A DNA stretch of 25,701 nt, taken from assembly GCA_040081625.1 (NCBI GenBank), contig JBEBGD010000081.1:1-25701 (forward strand), read 5' to 3'. The stretch is from Chthoniobacteraceae bacterium. GTDB taxonomy: Bacteria; Verrucomicrobiota; Verrucomicrobiia; Chthoniobacterales; Chthoniobacteraceae. A model generated the notes under the pieces. The model made no database searches. It had not been told where the DNA came from and saw nothing but the letters and a program-made list of their open reading frames with translations. Below, one piece after another: positions 8,997 through 17,746 of this stretch. Numbering within the stretch: position 1 is the stretch's first letter; every line of letters begins with the position of its first letter. The translations under genes and the position numbers were made by a program.

Positions 8997-9242
8997 CTAC
9001 TTGGGCAGCTTGCCTTCGACGTAGTCGATCACGTCGCCGACTTTCTGCAGCTTCTCGGCGTCTTCGTCCGGCACTTCGATGGAGAACTCCTCTTCGAACG
9101 CCATCACCAACTCCACGGTATCGAGCGAATCGGCTCCGAGGTCCTCGATGAAGGAAGCTTCACGCGTGACCTGCTCCGGGTTCACGCCGAGTTGCTCCAC
9201 AATGATGTCTTTGACTTTCTCTTCGATCGATTTTTCGGACAT
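8997..9242 (-). CDS. acpP: Acyl carrier protein
   Basis: [20 protein letters not shown]...[23 protein letters not shown] at 9242 gives 81 aa. Confidence 0.97.
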   Translation of the reverse strand: MSEKSIEEKVKDIIVEQLGVNPEQVTREASFIEDLGADSLDTVELVMAFEEEFSIEVPDEDAEKLQKVGDVIDYVEGKLPK

Positions 9243-9403
9243 GGCAATAAATGGGTTGTCGTTGGCTTGGTTTTGGGCCGCAAAGGGGTAGCGAGGCCAC
9301 CCCATCACGCAATCCTTTTTCTTCGCGGATATTTGTTCCACGCGAAAGCCGCTTCGTGCCGTTTTACTTTTGCCATTGCCCGCGCTACAGCCGCCGCCAT
9401 CAA

Positions 9404-11110
9404 ATGCCCGACCTGCCCGAATCTCTGGATCTGAAGCTCCTCCCCGACTGGCTCAAGGAGAGCGAATCGCCGCGCAATCGTTACGCGGATTTCGAGGGCG
9501 AACGCCCCGAGCGCCGCGATCGCGACGACCGGGGAGGCTTCGGTGGCCGCGGTGCGCGCCCGGGTGGACCGCGACCCGGCGGCCCGCGCCCAGGCGGCGG
9601 ACCAAGACCGGGCGGACCCCCGGGCGGACCCCGCCCAGGCGGACCAAGGCCGGGAGGCCCACCCAGCGGGCCTCGGCGCGACGATCGCGGACCGGGCGGT
9701 AATCGCCCGCCAGGCGACCGCCGTGGACCGAAGCCGGGCGGCGGACCGCGTGGACCGCGACGCGACGACCGACGCGACGAGCCCCGCTTTGTCCCGCCGC
9801 CGCCGATCGTGCCAGCGAAGGTGAAGGTCGAATTTCTGCCCGAGCCCGGAATGCTCGCGGCGATCGCGAAGGAGATGCGCTCGACGCATCGCGCGTATCC
9901 GGTCTTCAGCGCGGCGAAGATGTTCCTCGGCAAGCCGGCGCTGCATCGCGTGCTGCTCACCACGCTCGAGCCGGAGGTGACGCTGTATCAACTCGGCGAC
10001 GGCGCGATCTCCACCGACCGCTCGATCCTCGAGCGCGACGCCTTCCGGCTTCTGAAGGATAAATACTACCGCGAGGAAGTCGTGCAGGGCGAAGCGCCCA
10101 AGGGCAACTTCTCGAACGTCGCGCGGCTCCGCGCGAGTGGACTGCTGCTCGGGCCGACGAATCATCACGCCTACCAGCCCGCACTGCGGCGCATCTACGA
10201 CGAGCGCTACAAGCACCGGATGCCCTTCGCTGAATTCCAGCAGCGCGAAATCGAAGTCGTCACCGACGAGCAGGCCGTCAACGACTGGAAAGAGCAGGCG
10301 CGCTCGACGACGACCTACCTCACGACAGCCGAAGGCGAACCGGAGACGTTCAAGACGCTCGTGGAGGTCGAGGCGCATTTCCGGCAGACGTATCTGCCGC
10401 AGGAGATCAAGACCGGCGCGTGCTTCGAGGCGAGCGGCAGCGTGATGTGCAAGACCGTGGATCGCTCACTGATGGCCGCGCTGCGCGAGGCGTTCGACCG
10501 CGAGATGGCCTTCCCGTCGGGCGTGGTCAATGCGATGCGCCCCGCGCTCGCCGAGGCGAATCTCACCTTCTTCAAGCACCGCAAACGCGTCGTGTATGCG
10601 AGCGCCGTGCGACCAGCGCGCTACCCGGAAGGCCAGCCGGCGCGCGAAAGCGTGCTCGCCATTCTCAGGACCATCGAGGCCCATCAACGCTGCACCCGTC
10701 GCGATCTCGCGGTGAAGCTGCTCGGCGAAAACCTCGACGCGCCCGAGAGAGCCGCGGAGAAAACCGAGCTCGCGACCGATCTGCATTATCTCATCCACTC
10801 CGGCCACGTGATCGAGTTCGTCGATGGCCGATTCGATCTGCCGCTGCCACCGAAGGCGCTGACCGAACCCGGGAAGCCCGAAGCGCCGGCACCGGCCACG
10901 GCGGAAAAGGGCGCGGCACCCGCGGCTCTACCCGTGGCTGCGGCTGAAATCTCCACTCCCGCTCCCGCAGCGGAGGCAGCGGTCGTCGAGGTCCAGCCCA
11001 CCGCCGAGATCGAAATCGCCGCTCCGGCGCCGGTGCCGCCCGTCGTCGAGAGCGAGCCCGAGGCAGTTCTTCCGCCGAGCGACCCAATACCAGCGCCCCC
11101 TGCGGATTGA
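9404..11110 (+). CDS. Hypothetical protein with N-terminal Gly/Pro/Arg repeats and Pro/Ala/Glu-rich C-terminal tail
   Basis: Long ORF with GC3-rich codons; ATG 9404 ([16 protein letters not shown]) follows an AT-rich divergent intergenic region. Confidence 0.85.
   Translation: MPDLPESLDLKLLPDWLKESESPRNRYADFEGERPERRDRDDRGGFGGRGARPGGPRPGGPRPGGGPRPGGPPGGPRPGGPRPGGPPSGPRRDDRGPGGNRPPGDRRGPKPGGGPRGPRRDDRRDEPRFVPPPPIVPAKVKVEFLPEPGMLAAIAKEMRSTHRAYPVFSAAKMFLGKPALHRVLLTTLEPEVTLYQLGDGAISTDRSILERDAFRLLKDKYYREEVVQGEAPKGNFSNVARLRASGLLLGPTNHHAYQPALRRIYDERYKHRMPFAEFQQREIEVVTDEQAVNDWKEQARSTTTYLTTAEGEPETFKTLVEVEAHFRQTYLPQEIKTGACFEASGSVMCKTVDRSLMAALREAFDREMAFPSGVVNAMRPALAEANLTFFKHRKRVVYASAVRPARYPEGQPARESVLAILRTIEAHQRCTRRDLAVKLLGENLDAPERAAEKTELATDLHYLIHSGHVIEFVDGRFDLPLPPKALTEPGKPEAPAPATAEKGAAPAALPVAAAEISTPAPAAEAAVVEVQPTAEIEIAAPAPVPPVVESEPEAVLPPSDPIPAPPAD
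9557..9760 (+). repeat. Coding imperfect repeat (GGPRP)n
   Basis: Translates as [36 protein letters not shown]...; synonymous codons differ between units. Confidence 0.8.
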
Positions 11111-11120
11111 CGCGGGCGGT

Positions 11121-12482
11121 ATGAAAGCCGCCCTCACGCTCCTCCTCGCCCTCGTCCTCCCCTTCACCGCGCGCGCCGCGGACGATCGCATCGTCGTCCT
11201 CATCAGCGTGGACGGCCTCGCGCACTACTACCACGACGACCCGAAATGCGAGATGCCCACCATCCGCCAGCTCGCCGCCGAGGGCGCGCGCGCGAAGATG
11301 ATGCGCTGCTCGATGCCCACCGTCACGTGGCCGAACCACACCACGCTCGTCACCGGCGTGCATCCCGTGAAGCACGGCGTCATCGGCAACAACTACTTCG
11401 ACCGCGCCAAGGGCGAGCCCGTCGCGCTCATCCCCGACCCGATCTTCAACAAGGAGGAAATCGTCCGCAGCCCGACCATCTACGACGTGGCCAAGGCCGC
11501 GCGGATGAAAACCGCCGCCATCATCTGGCCCGCCACCCGCGGCGCGAAGACCCTCGACTGGACAGTGCCCGACTGCTTCCCGAATCAACTCTTCCAAGGC
11601 TACACGACCCCGTCGCTGCTCGAGGAGTTCAAGACCGCGGGCATCCCGTTCGATAAACAGGAGGAGTGGTGCAAGACCGGCAAGGGTGAGGACCGCGACC
11701 GCATGTATGTGCAGATGCTGAACCACATCATCAGCACGCACCGACCGAACGTCGCGCTGCTGCACCAGGTCGAAGTCGATCACGTCGAGCACGCGAAAGG
11801 ACCGCAATCGCCGGAGGCTTACGCAGCGGTGAAGTTCGCCGACGACCGGGTGCGCGAGGTGTGGGATGAGCTAAAGAAAAGCTTCCCCGGCAAGGCCACG
11901 CTCATCGTTTCCTCGGATCACGGATTCTTTCCGTATCAGCAGCACATCCAGCCCAACGTCATGCTCCGCAACGAACAACTGCTTATCGCCGAAGGCAGCA
12001 AGATCACCGGCGGCAGCGTCCGCGCCCTCAGCCAGGGCGGCGCGAGCTTCATCTATATCCTCGACGACTCAAAGCGCGACGAACTGCTCCGACGCGTCGC
12101 AAAACTCTTCGCCGGCATCGAAGGCATGGACCTCGTCATCACCCCGGAGGACTTCCCGAAATACGGCCTCGCCGACCCGAAGCAAGACCGCCGAATGCCC
12201 GACATCGTCCTCTCGGCAAAGAGCGGCTACTCATTCAGCGATTCGCTCGCGGGTGGCGTCGTCATCACGCCAAAGAGCGACGAAGTGAAAGGCACCCACG
12301 GCTACGACCCAAACCAGCCGATGCTCCACGGCAGCTTCGTCGCGTGGGGCGCCGGCATCAAACCCGGCGCCACTCTCGACCGCATCGACAACCTCGACGT
12401 GGCCCCGACGATGGCCGCGCTGCTCGGGCTGGAGATGAAGGACGTGGACGGGAAGGTGCTCGGCGGGATTCTGGCGAAGTAG
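11121..12482 (+). CDS. Secreted nucleotide pyrophosphatase/phosphodiesterase (alkaline phosphatase superfamily)
   Basis: Signal peptide MKAALTLLLALVLPFTARA; LISVDGL, PTVTWPNHTTLVTG (catalytic Thr motif), DHVEH, SSDHG, GTHGY, DVAPT. Confidence 0.92.
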   Translation: MKAALTLLLALVLPFTARAADDRIVVLISVDGLAHYYHDDPKCEMPTIRQLAAEGARAKMMRCSMPTVTWPNHTTLVTGVHPVKHGVIGNNYFDRAKGEPVALIPDPIFNKEEIVRSPTIYDVAKAARMKTAAIIWPATRGAKTLDWTVPDCFPNQLFQGYTTPSLLEEFKTAGIPFDKQEEWCKTGKGEDRDRMYVQMLNHIISTHRPNVALLHQVEVDHVEHAKGPQSPEAYAAVKFADDRVREVWDELKKSFPGKATLIVSSDHGFFPYQQHIQPNVMLRNEQLLIAEGSKITGGSVRALSQGGASFIYILDDSKRDELLRRVAKLFAGIEGMDLVITPEDFPKYGLADPKQDRRMPDIVLSAKSGYSFSDSLAGGVVITPKSDEVKGTHGYDPNQPMLHGSFVAWGAGIKPGATLDRIDNLDVAPTMAALLGLEMKDVDGKVLGGILAK

Positions 12483-12503
12483 CCGCCTGCTCGCGTGCTC
12501 GGA

Positions 12504-13236
12504 TTACGGATTCGGCGGGGTCGGCGGCGGCTGCGGCGGCTGCGTCCCGCCGTCCGGCTGGCTGCGGGCGCGCGGAGGGAAGGTGTCGAGTAGGAAAGCG
12601 GGCGCGGGCGGCTTCGGTGTTCGGCTTGGTCGAGGGGTATTGCAGGCGCGCGGCGTTCTGCACACGCAGGCAGTCCGCGTAGAGATCGTTCGCGGCGCGG
12701 GTCAGGTCGGTGGTCAACTCCGCGCGATCGGCAAACGCTTCGCCCTGGTCGGTGTCCATGCCGCCGCATGCGGCGATGGCCGCCTGTAGATCCGTCGTGT
12801 CGGCGGCCATCCAGCCCTGGGCGGCGAGCTGCGTCGCGTATTTACCGCACGCCGCCTTGGTCTTGCCGGCGCGGTCGAGTTCGGCGGCGAGCGTCTTCGG
12901 CGTGTCGATGCCGACCCGGAATTCGCTGTGCAAGATCACGTCCTGCCCCGGAAAGGCGAGCCGCGCAGTGCGACGCGCACCGGCGGCGAGCCGCTCGACT
13001 TCGCGGAACTCTTCGTTTTGATGCTGCGTCATCGAGCCGGCATCGCCGGTCTTGCCGCTTTGATTGAGCAGCTCGGTGCGCACGGCGGCGAGCAGCGTGC
13101 CGAGATCCGCCGCGCAATTCGCGCCGAGGCGGGCCCGCATGGCGGTCGCGTAGTCGGTGTCTTCGAGCGCGTCCTTGAGCTTGTCGCCATCGCGCAGGAG
13201 CGTCGAGAGGGCGAAGTTGAATCTGCGTCTGTTCAT
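12504..13236 (-). CDS. Hypothetical helical protein with an apparent 1-nt frameshift near 12595-12597
   Basis: ATG 13236 (MNRRRFNFALSTLL...). Removing one T restores ...ARARFLLDTFPPRARSQPDGGTQPPQPPPTPPNP* ending at TAA 12506-12504, which removes the overlap with the convergent gene. Confidence 0.7.
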
Positions 13237-13303
13237 GGTTCGTCTGGGTGTTGAGGTTTCCACATACCCCGGATCGCCGGGCTCGCGCCGGTAGGAATGT
13301 TTG

Positions 13304-13349
13304 CCCCAACGAACATTGTGATCCCCCCATCGAAATTCGCCCCATCGAA
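13304..13349 (+). repeat. Three direct repeats CCCCA(A/T)CGAA
   Basis: Copies at 13304-13313, 13325-13334 and 13340-13349. Confidence 0.6.
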
Positions 13350-13526
13350 CTGGTTTCATGTGCTTCGACCCGCGCGTGCAGCGGAAAACGCGGGGCGGGA
13401 CCAATGCGGAAAAACACCTTTTTTTCGACCCGCATATTTCCGCCATAAAGCCGCGTGCGAAGTGGCTCGATTCAGCTCCGCGGCAACGGGCGCTGGCATC
13501 GTCGTGCAGCGGTTGCGCTCAGTTTC

Positions 13527-13637
13527 TCCTGTCATCCTGAGCGAAGCCGAAGGACCTCTCATCCGTTTTTTTCAAACGAGACGACGATAGCAGGGAAAGC
13601 TGAATGAGGTCCTTCGGCTTCGCTCAGGATGACAGGA
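13527..13637. repeat. REP/MITE-like element: perfect 32-bp inverted repeat with 47-bp spacer
   Basis: TCCTGTCATCCTGAGCGAAGCCGAAGGACCTC (13527-13558) and its exact reverse complement (13606-13637); resembles the widespread GTCATCCTGAGCGAAG-type palindromic repeats. Confidence 0.85.
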
Positions 13638-13664
13638 AGAGGGCGCGCCGCGCGAGCCACGGGC

Positions 13665-13856
13665 TCACCGCGGATTCGTGCGGCGCTTCATCGAGCACCA
13701 CGGGCGGCGTCGGCGTCGGCGGGGATCCTCGGCCAGCAGTTGCTCGAACTGCGCGCGCACCGCCTCCCTGGCAAATCTGGCCTGAAACTCGGGGAGAAGC
13801 TCAAACGCTGGCCGCATCCGTCGCATGGCGGTTATGAGTGGGGGCGTGGTTTTCAT
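13665..13856 (-). CDS. Possible small hypothetical protein
   Basis: MKTTPPLITAMRRMRPAFELLPEFQARFAREAVRAQFEQLLAED reads like a helix, and an A/C-rich leader precedes it. The 3' frame is doubtful. Confidence 0.3.
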   Translation of the reverse strand: MKTTPPLITAMRRMRPAFELLPEFQARFAREAVRAQFEQLLAEDPRRRRRRPWCSMKRRTNPR

Positions 13857-14084
13857 GGATTCCAATTGATGTGGGTGGTTTGTGTTCCCAGTTCGACGAA
13901 GGTTGAGGCGGGGGTGAATTCCCGCTGGTCAGTCCAGTCGGTGTGTTTCGCATCGGCGAGCGACGGTCCGAGCGGTTTGCCGAACTCGGAATTTCATGTG
14001 CGGTCTATTCAGGAGCGCTGCCAAGGAGCGAGTATAAGAAGCAGAATTCGAAGTTCGCTATGCTGACTGCCAGAAGATCGCATT

Positions 14085-16169
14085 TCACCGTGCTTTGCCG
14101 GGCGCTGGGCTGGCGAATTCCAGAATGCGGATCGCGCGGGGTGGCAGTGCGATGGAATATGGCTGCCCGGCGGTGGCCGTCTTCGGCAGCAAGGCGGCAT
14201 CTGCCGTGAGAGGCGACGACACGACATACGATCTGCCCTGGCTCAATGCGGACTTGGGCAGTCCGAGAGTTCGGTCGAGCACGAGATGGAACTCGCGCGT
14301 CTCGCTCGAGGGATTGTGCAGCGAAAGGTAACCGGAGTCCTCGGTCCAACCGGTGTAACCATAGACTTCGGCCTGCTTCGGGCTGCCGCCGATCATCCGT
14401 GCCCGCTTGAAGGCAGGGAACGCGTGATGCACCCACTTCAGGCCCTCCGCCAGCACGTCCCAGTCGCTTTTGCTCAGATCAAAGGTCTTGAGGTAAAGCT
14501 CCACCAATCCCGTGCCGCGCGAAAGGCTCATGAAAAGATAGCGACGAAAGGCATCCGCGTCCTCGCCGCTCGTGGTCTTCTTCGGCTCGTGATTGAACAG
14601 GGAGCTGAGGGGGAACTGGGTGTTGTCCGCGTCCGCCGAGGCGAGCTGGAAATAGGAGGCGTCGCGATAGACGAGCTCGGCGGTGCGGTCCGCTCCTTTG
14701 GCAGCGTCTCCGGCATTGATCATCCACACCGCATCGACGTGCTGCAGCCACCACGAGCTCAGAAATGCGCCGTTGGAGATGACGATATAGACGTCCGGAT
14801 TGGCCTCGCCCATTCGCTGGAAGATCCTCATCAGGCGCTCAGAACCGAGCGACAGATAGCGTTCCTTCGCATCGTCGTATTTGGCTGCGTTCAGTTCCTC
14901 TTCGCCGCCCTTGAAACCCTCGATGTCGAAGTTGCGCGTGTTAAGGTGACCGAAGACGCCGTCGAGTTTGAAGTAGGCAACTCCGCTCGCGGCAAGCTGC
15001 ACCAGGCGTTTTTCGAGCGCGTCCATGTATTCTGGGCCGGTCAACGACATCCACGGATCGAGGGCGCGCCATCCGGCGGCGCGCATCTTGGGCAGGGCGG
15101 GCTGGCCGCCGAAGAGACAGCCGGGACTCAACCACAATCCGAGCGCAGACTTCGCCCGCGCGACTTCCTCGCGGGATCTGACGAAGTCGGGAGCGAATTT
15201 CTCGTTCACCGGCCACACGCCCTCTTTCGTCCAATCCTTCGCCGTGTCCTGCCAGCCGTCGTCGATCACGTAGGCACGCAGCGGCGGAACTCCACGTTGC
15301 ATGACGAGTTCCTCGTTCACCTTGCGCACGCTCGCGGTGAACTTGTCCGTGTCGACGCCCTTGCCGTAGTCGAACCAGCAATTGTATTGGGTTTGCAGTC
15401 GAAGCGGGCGCGCGCGGGCGGCATCGATGTATTCCAGAAATGCATCCTTCACGAAAGCCGGGTCGTCCGAGACACCGACGGCGGCGGTATGGCTCGACCA
15501 CGTGGAGCCAGCCTTGAGATCCACGGCAGTGAGATAGCCGCAGATGAGTTTGCCGTCCTTCACCTCATTGCGCGCCGCGGGAAACTCGCCCCCCCACCAC
15601 ATGCCAGTGGATTTCGTGTAGATGGGCTGGCCGAGCGGCGGCCGCCATTTCGCCGGGCCACGTGCCGTGAACTGGTCAGCGTAATAGGGACTGTAGGAAT
15701 CGGCGCCGGCCAAATACTCAACCTCGACCTTCCTGATTTTTAGCGGCTGTCGCGCGGTGACGAGCAGTTGCTTGCGCATCCAGGGTTCACCAGCTTTCGC
15801 GAAGTAACGCACGGTGAGATCCAGCGGCGCGGCCTTCCCGGAGAGCCGGACATCGAGCGAGAAGTTTCCCGCGCCGGACTCGCTTCCCTTCACATCGAAG
15901 TCCGCCGCCGTCAGCCGGAGGTCCGCTGAAGACCCCTCAAGTCGGACCGTCAGAGCGAACTCGTCGCCACCGGCGACTTTCGCCTGGCTTTGACCGGGGT
16001 GATTGACAATCGTCCGCGTGGCGAGGCGACCGCCCTGCCATGACACCTCGCGCGCCATGTATTCGTTGCCAATGGAGGCGTTTTCAGAAGCGAAAAGCTT
16101 TGTCGCGGCGAACGGGAGCAGGACAACCAAGCGGAGACCGGATCGAAGCAGATAGGATTTTGGGTTCAT
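14085..16169 (-). CDS. Secreted GH36-like (clan D) alpha-galactosidase / alpha-N-acetylgalactosaminidase
   Basis: QYNCWFD, YVIDDGW, LGLWLSPG and YFKLDG (nucleophile Asp motif) of clan-D TIM barrels; signal-peptide-like N-terminus from ATG 16169. Confidence 0.8.
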   Translation of the reverse strand: MNPKSYLLRSGLRLVVLLPFAATKLFASENASIGNEYMAREVSWQGGRLATRTIVNHPGQSQAKVAGGDEFALTVRLEGSSADLRLTAADFDVKGSESGAGNFSLDVRLSGKAAPLDLTVRYFAKAGEPWMRKQLLVTARQPLKIRKVEVEYLAGADSYSPYYADQFTARGPAKWRPPLGQPIYTKSTGMWWGGEFPAARNEVKDGKLICGYLTAVDLKAGSTWSSHTAAVGVSDDPAFVKDAFLEYIDAARARPLRLQTQYNCWFDYGKGVDTDKFTASVRKVNEELVMQRGVPPLRAYVIDDGWQDTAKDWTKEGVWPVNEKFAPDFVRSREEVARAKSALGLWLSPGCLFGGQPALPKMRAAGWRALDPWMSLTGPEYMDALEKRLVQLAASGVAYFKLDGVFGHLNTRNFDIEGFKGGEEELNAAKYDDAKERYLSLGSERLMRIFQRMGEANPDVYIVISNGAFLSSWWLQHVDAVWMINAGDAAKGADRTAELVYRDASYFQLASADADNTQFPLSSLFNHEPKKTTSGEDADAFRRYLFMSLSRGTGLVELYLKTFDLSKSDWDVLAEGLKWVHHAFPAFKRARMIGGSPKQAEVYGYTGWTEDSGYLSLHNPSSETREFHLVLDRTLGLPKSALSQGRSYVVSSPLTADAALLPKTATAGQPYSIALPPRAIRILEFASPAPGKAR

Positions 16170-16209
16170 GATTCGGGGAAAGCGACTGAAGTTCAGGTGC
16201 GCCAAATAA

Positions 16210-16436
16210 GCGGCGCTCCTTGTTCAGCGGGTCGCGAAGGGCATGATGCCCCTGCACTTGGAACGGCCCGGACTCCAACTGCGCCCAGTGCCGTCATGCG
16301 GTTGCGAGTTAAGGGTTGAGCGTTGCGAGGCGGCCACTAACCCCTCCTTCCGCAACCGCTCCGCCAGCGGGCGCACCACTGCCTCGTCGTTCGCGCTGTG
16401 GCTCAGGAAGACGTCGTAGGTGAATTCGTCGGGCAT
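16210..16436 (-). pseudogene. TIR-domain gene remnant
   Basis: MPDEFTYDVFLSHSANDEAVVRPLAERLRKEGL (TIR beta-A/alpha-A), then in another frame WAQLESG...RDPLNKERR (alpha-C region). The central part is missing. Confidence 0.8.
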
Positions 16437-16493
16437 GGGGGATGAAACGGGGCGTCGTTGAGAATGTGCAATGGGCAGAATCTCGCAGAGAGA

Positions 16494-16568
16494 TGGTGCG
16501 CGCTACAGGGTTCGAACCTGTGACTTCTTGCGTGTGAAGCAAGCGCTCTACCGCTGAGCTAAGCGCGC
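16494..16568 (-). tRNA. tRNA-Val (anticodon CAC)
   Basis: GCGCGCT/AGCGCGC acceptor stem, CTTGC-TTCACAC-GCAAG anticodon arm, GGTTCGAACC T-arm, encoded CCA. Confidence 0.97.
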
Positions 16569-16625
16569 GTTTCCCGGAATCGGGGCGCGAAAGTAACGAC
16601 CACTTGCCGTCGCGCCAGCGGAATT

Positions 16626-17012
16626 TCAGGCCGCGCCGACAGCCACCGCCTGCGCACACGCGTAGTGCTCGGTGTGGCTGAGGCTCACACGCACTTCGGC
16701 GATCCCAAGGCGCTTCGCCGTCTCCGCGCCCGCGCCATGCAGCACGATGAATGGCTCGCCACTCGCCTTGCGCCGCACTTCGATGTCCAGCCAGCCGCAC
16801 TGCGCGCCGATGCCGGTGCCGAGCGCCTTGCTGACGGCCTCCTTCGCCGCAAACCGCGCCGCAAAGAACGGCGCCGGGTCGCGCATCCGCAGGCAATACT
16901 CCGCTTCGCCCGCCGTGCAGATGCGATCGTGGAATCGCTCACCGTGCCGATCGAGCGACGCGCGGATGCGCGCGACTTCGATGATGTCCACGCCGATCCC
17001 GACGACGCTCAC
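16626..17012 (-). CDS. acpS: Holo-ACP synthase
   Basis: GIGVDIIEVARI, AARFAAKEAVSKALGTG, VSLSHT; 4-nt overlap with pdxJ. Confidence 0.96.
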   Translation of the reverse strand: MSVVGIGVDIIEVARIRASLDRHGERFHDRICTAGEAEYCLRMRDPAPFFAARFAAKEAVSKALGTGIGAQCGWLDIEVRRKASGEPFIVLHGAGAETAKRLGIAEVRVSLSHTEHYACAQAVAVGAA

Positions 17013-17743
17013 GATTCACCCATCGCCGCGAGCATCTCGCGGACAGCCTGCTCGATCCCGAAGAGCGCCGCGCGGCTGACGATGCTGTGGCCGATATTCA
17101 GTTCGTTGAGATGCCGCACGGCGCGGATCTGGGCGATGTTCGTGTAGTTGATGCCGTGGCCTGCATTGACCTGAAGCCCCAACCCATGCGCGTAATCGGC
17201 GGCGCTGCGCAAGCGCGTGAGTTCCTGTTTCTGCTCGACGCCGGTCGCGTTCGCAAAGGCGCCCGTGTGCAGTTCGATCATCTCCGCGCCAAGTGCGATC
17301 GCGGTGTCGATCTGGTCCGGGCTGGGCTCGATGAAAAGACTCACGCGGATACTCGCCGCTTGCAGGCGCTTGATGGTCGGCGCGAGCGCGGCGCGCTGGC
17401 CCACGCAATCGAGCCCGCCCTCGGTCGTGATCTCCGCGCGATTCTCCGGGACGAGGCAGACTTCATCCGGCTCGAGCCGCAGCGCGATCTCCAGGATCTC
17501 CTTCGTGTTGGCCATCTCGAGATTCAGCTTCGTGAGCACGCTCTCGCGCAACCGCGCGATGTCGCGGTCCTGAATGTGCCGCCGATCCGCGCGCAAGTGC
17601 GCCGTGATCCCATGGCAACCCGCGCGCTCGCACAGCGCGGCTGCTGCGACGGGATCAGGCTCGGCGTTCGGCGAGTCGGGCATCGCCGCGTAACGCGTCT
17701 GCCGGAGCGTGGCGAAGTGGTCGATGTTGACGCCGAGTTTCAT
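17009..17743 (-). CDS. pdxJ: Pyridoxine 5'-phosphate synthase
   Basis: [54 protein letters not shown]. Confidence 0.97.
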   Translation of the reverse strand: MKLGVNIDHFATLRQTRYAAMPDSPNAEPDPVAAAALCERAGCHGITAHLRADRRHIQDRDIARLRESVLTKLNLEMANTKEILEIALRLEPDEVCLVPENRAEITTEGGLDCVGQRAALAPTIKRLQAASIRVSLFIEPSPDQIDTAIALGAEMIELHTGAFANATGVEQKQELTRLRSAADYAHGLGLQVNAGHGINYTNIAQIRAVRHLNELNIGHSIVSRAALFGIEQAVREMLAAMGES

Positions 17744-17746
17744 CGG

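Noticed and set aside
9381..9390. CGCGCTACAG matching part of the tRNA-Val 3' end as a possible att site
   Set aside because: Only 10 bp, overlaps a likely promoter, and no integrase is present.
13304..13637. CRISPR array
   Set aside because: The repeats are either too short (10 bp) or inverted, there are no regular spacers, and no cas genes.
13880..14030. Possible c-di-GMP-I riboswitch (GGCAAACC on the minus strand) or other ncRNA
   Set aside because: No GNRA-capped stem or downstream GACGCAAAG-like segment; only short hairpins. An Rfam/Infernal scan would settle it.
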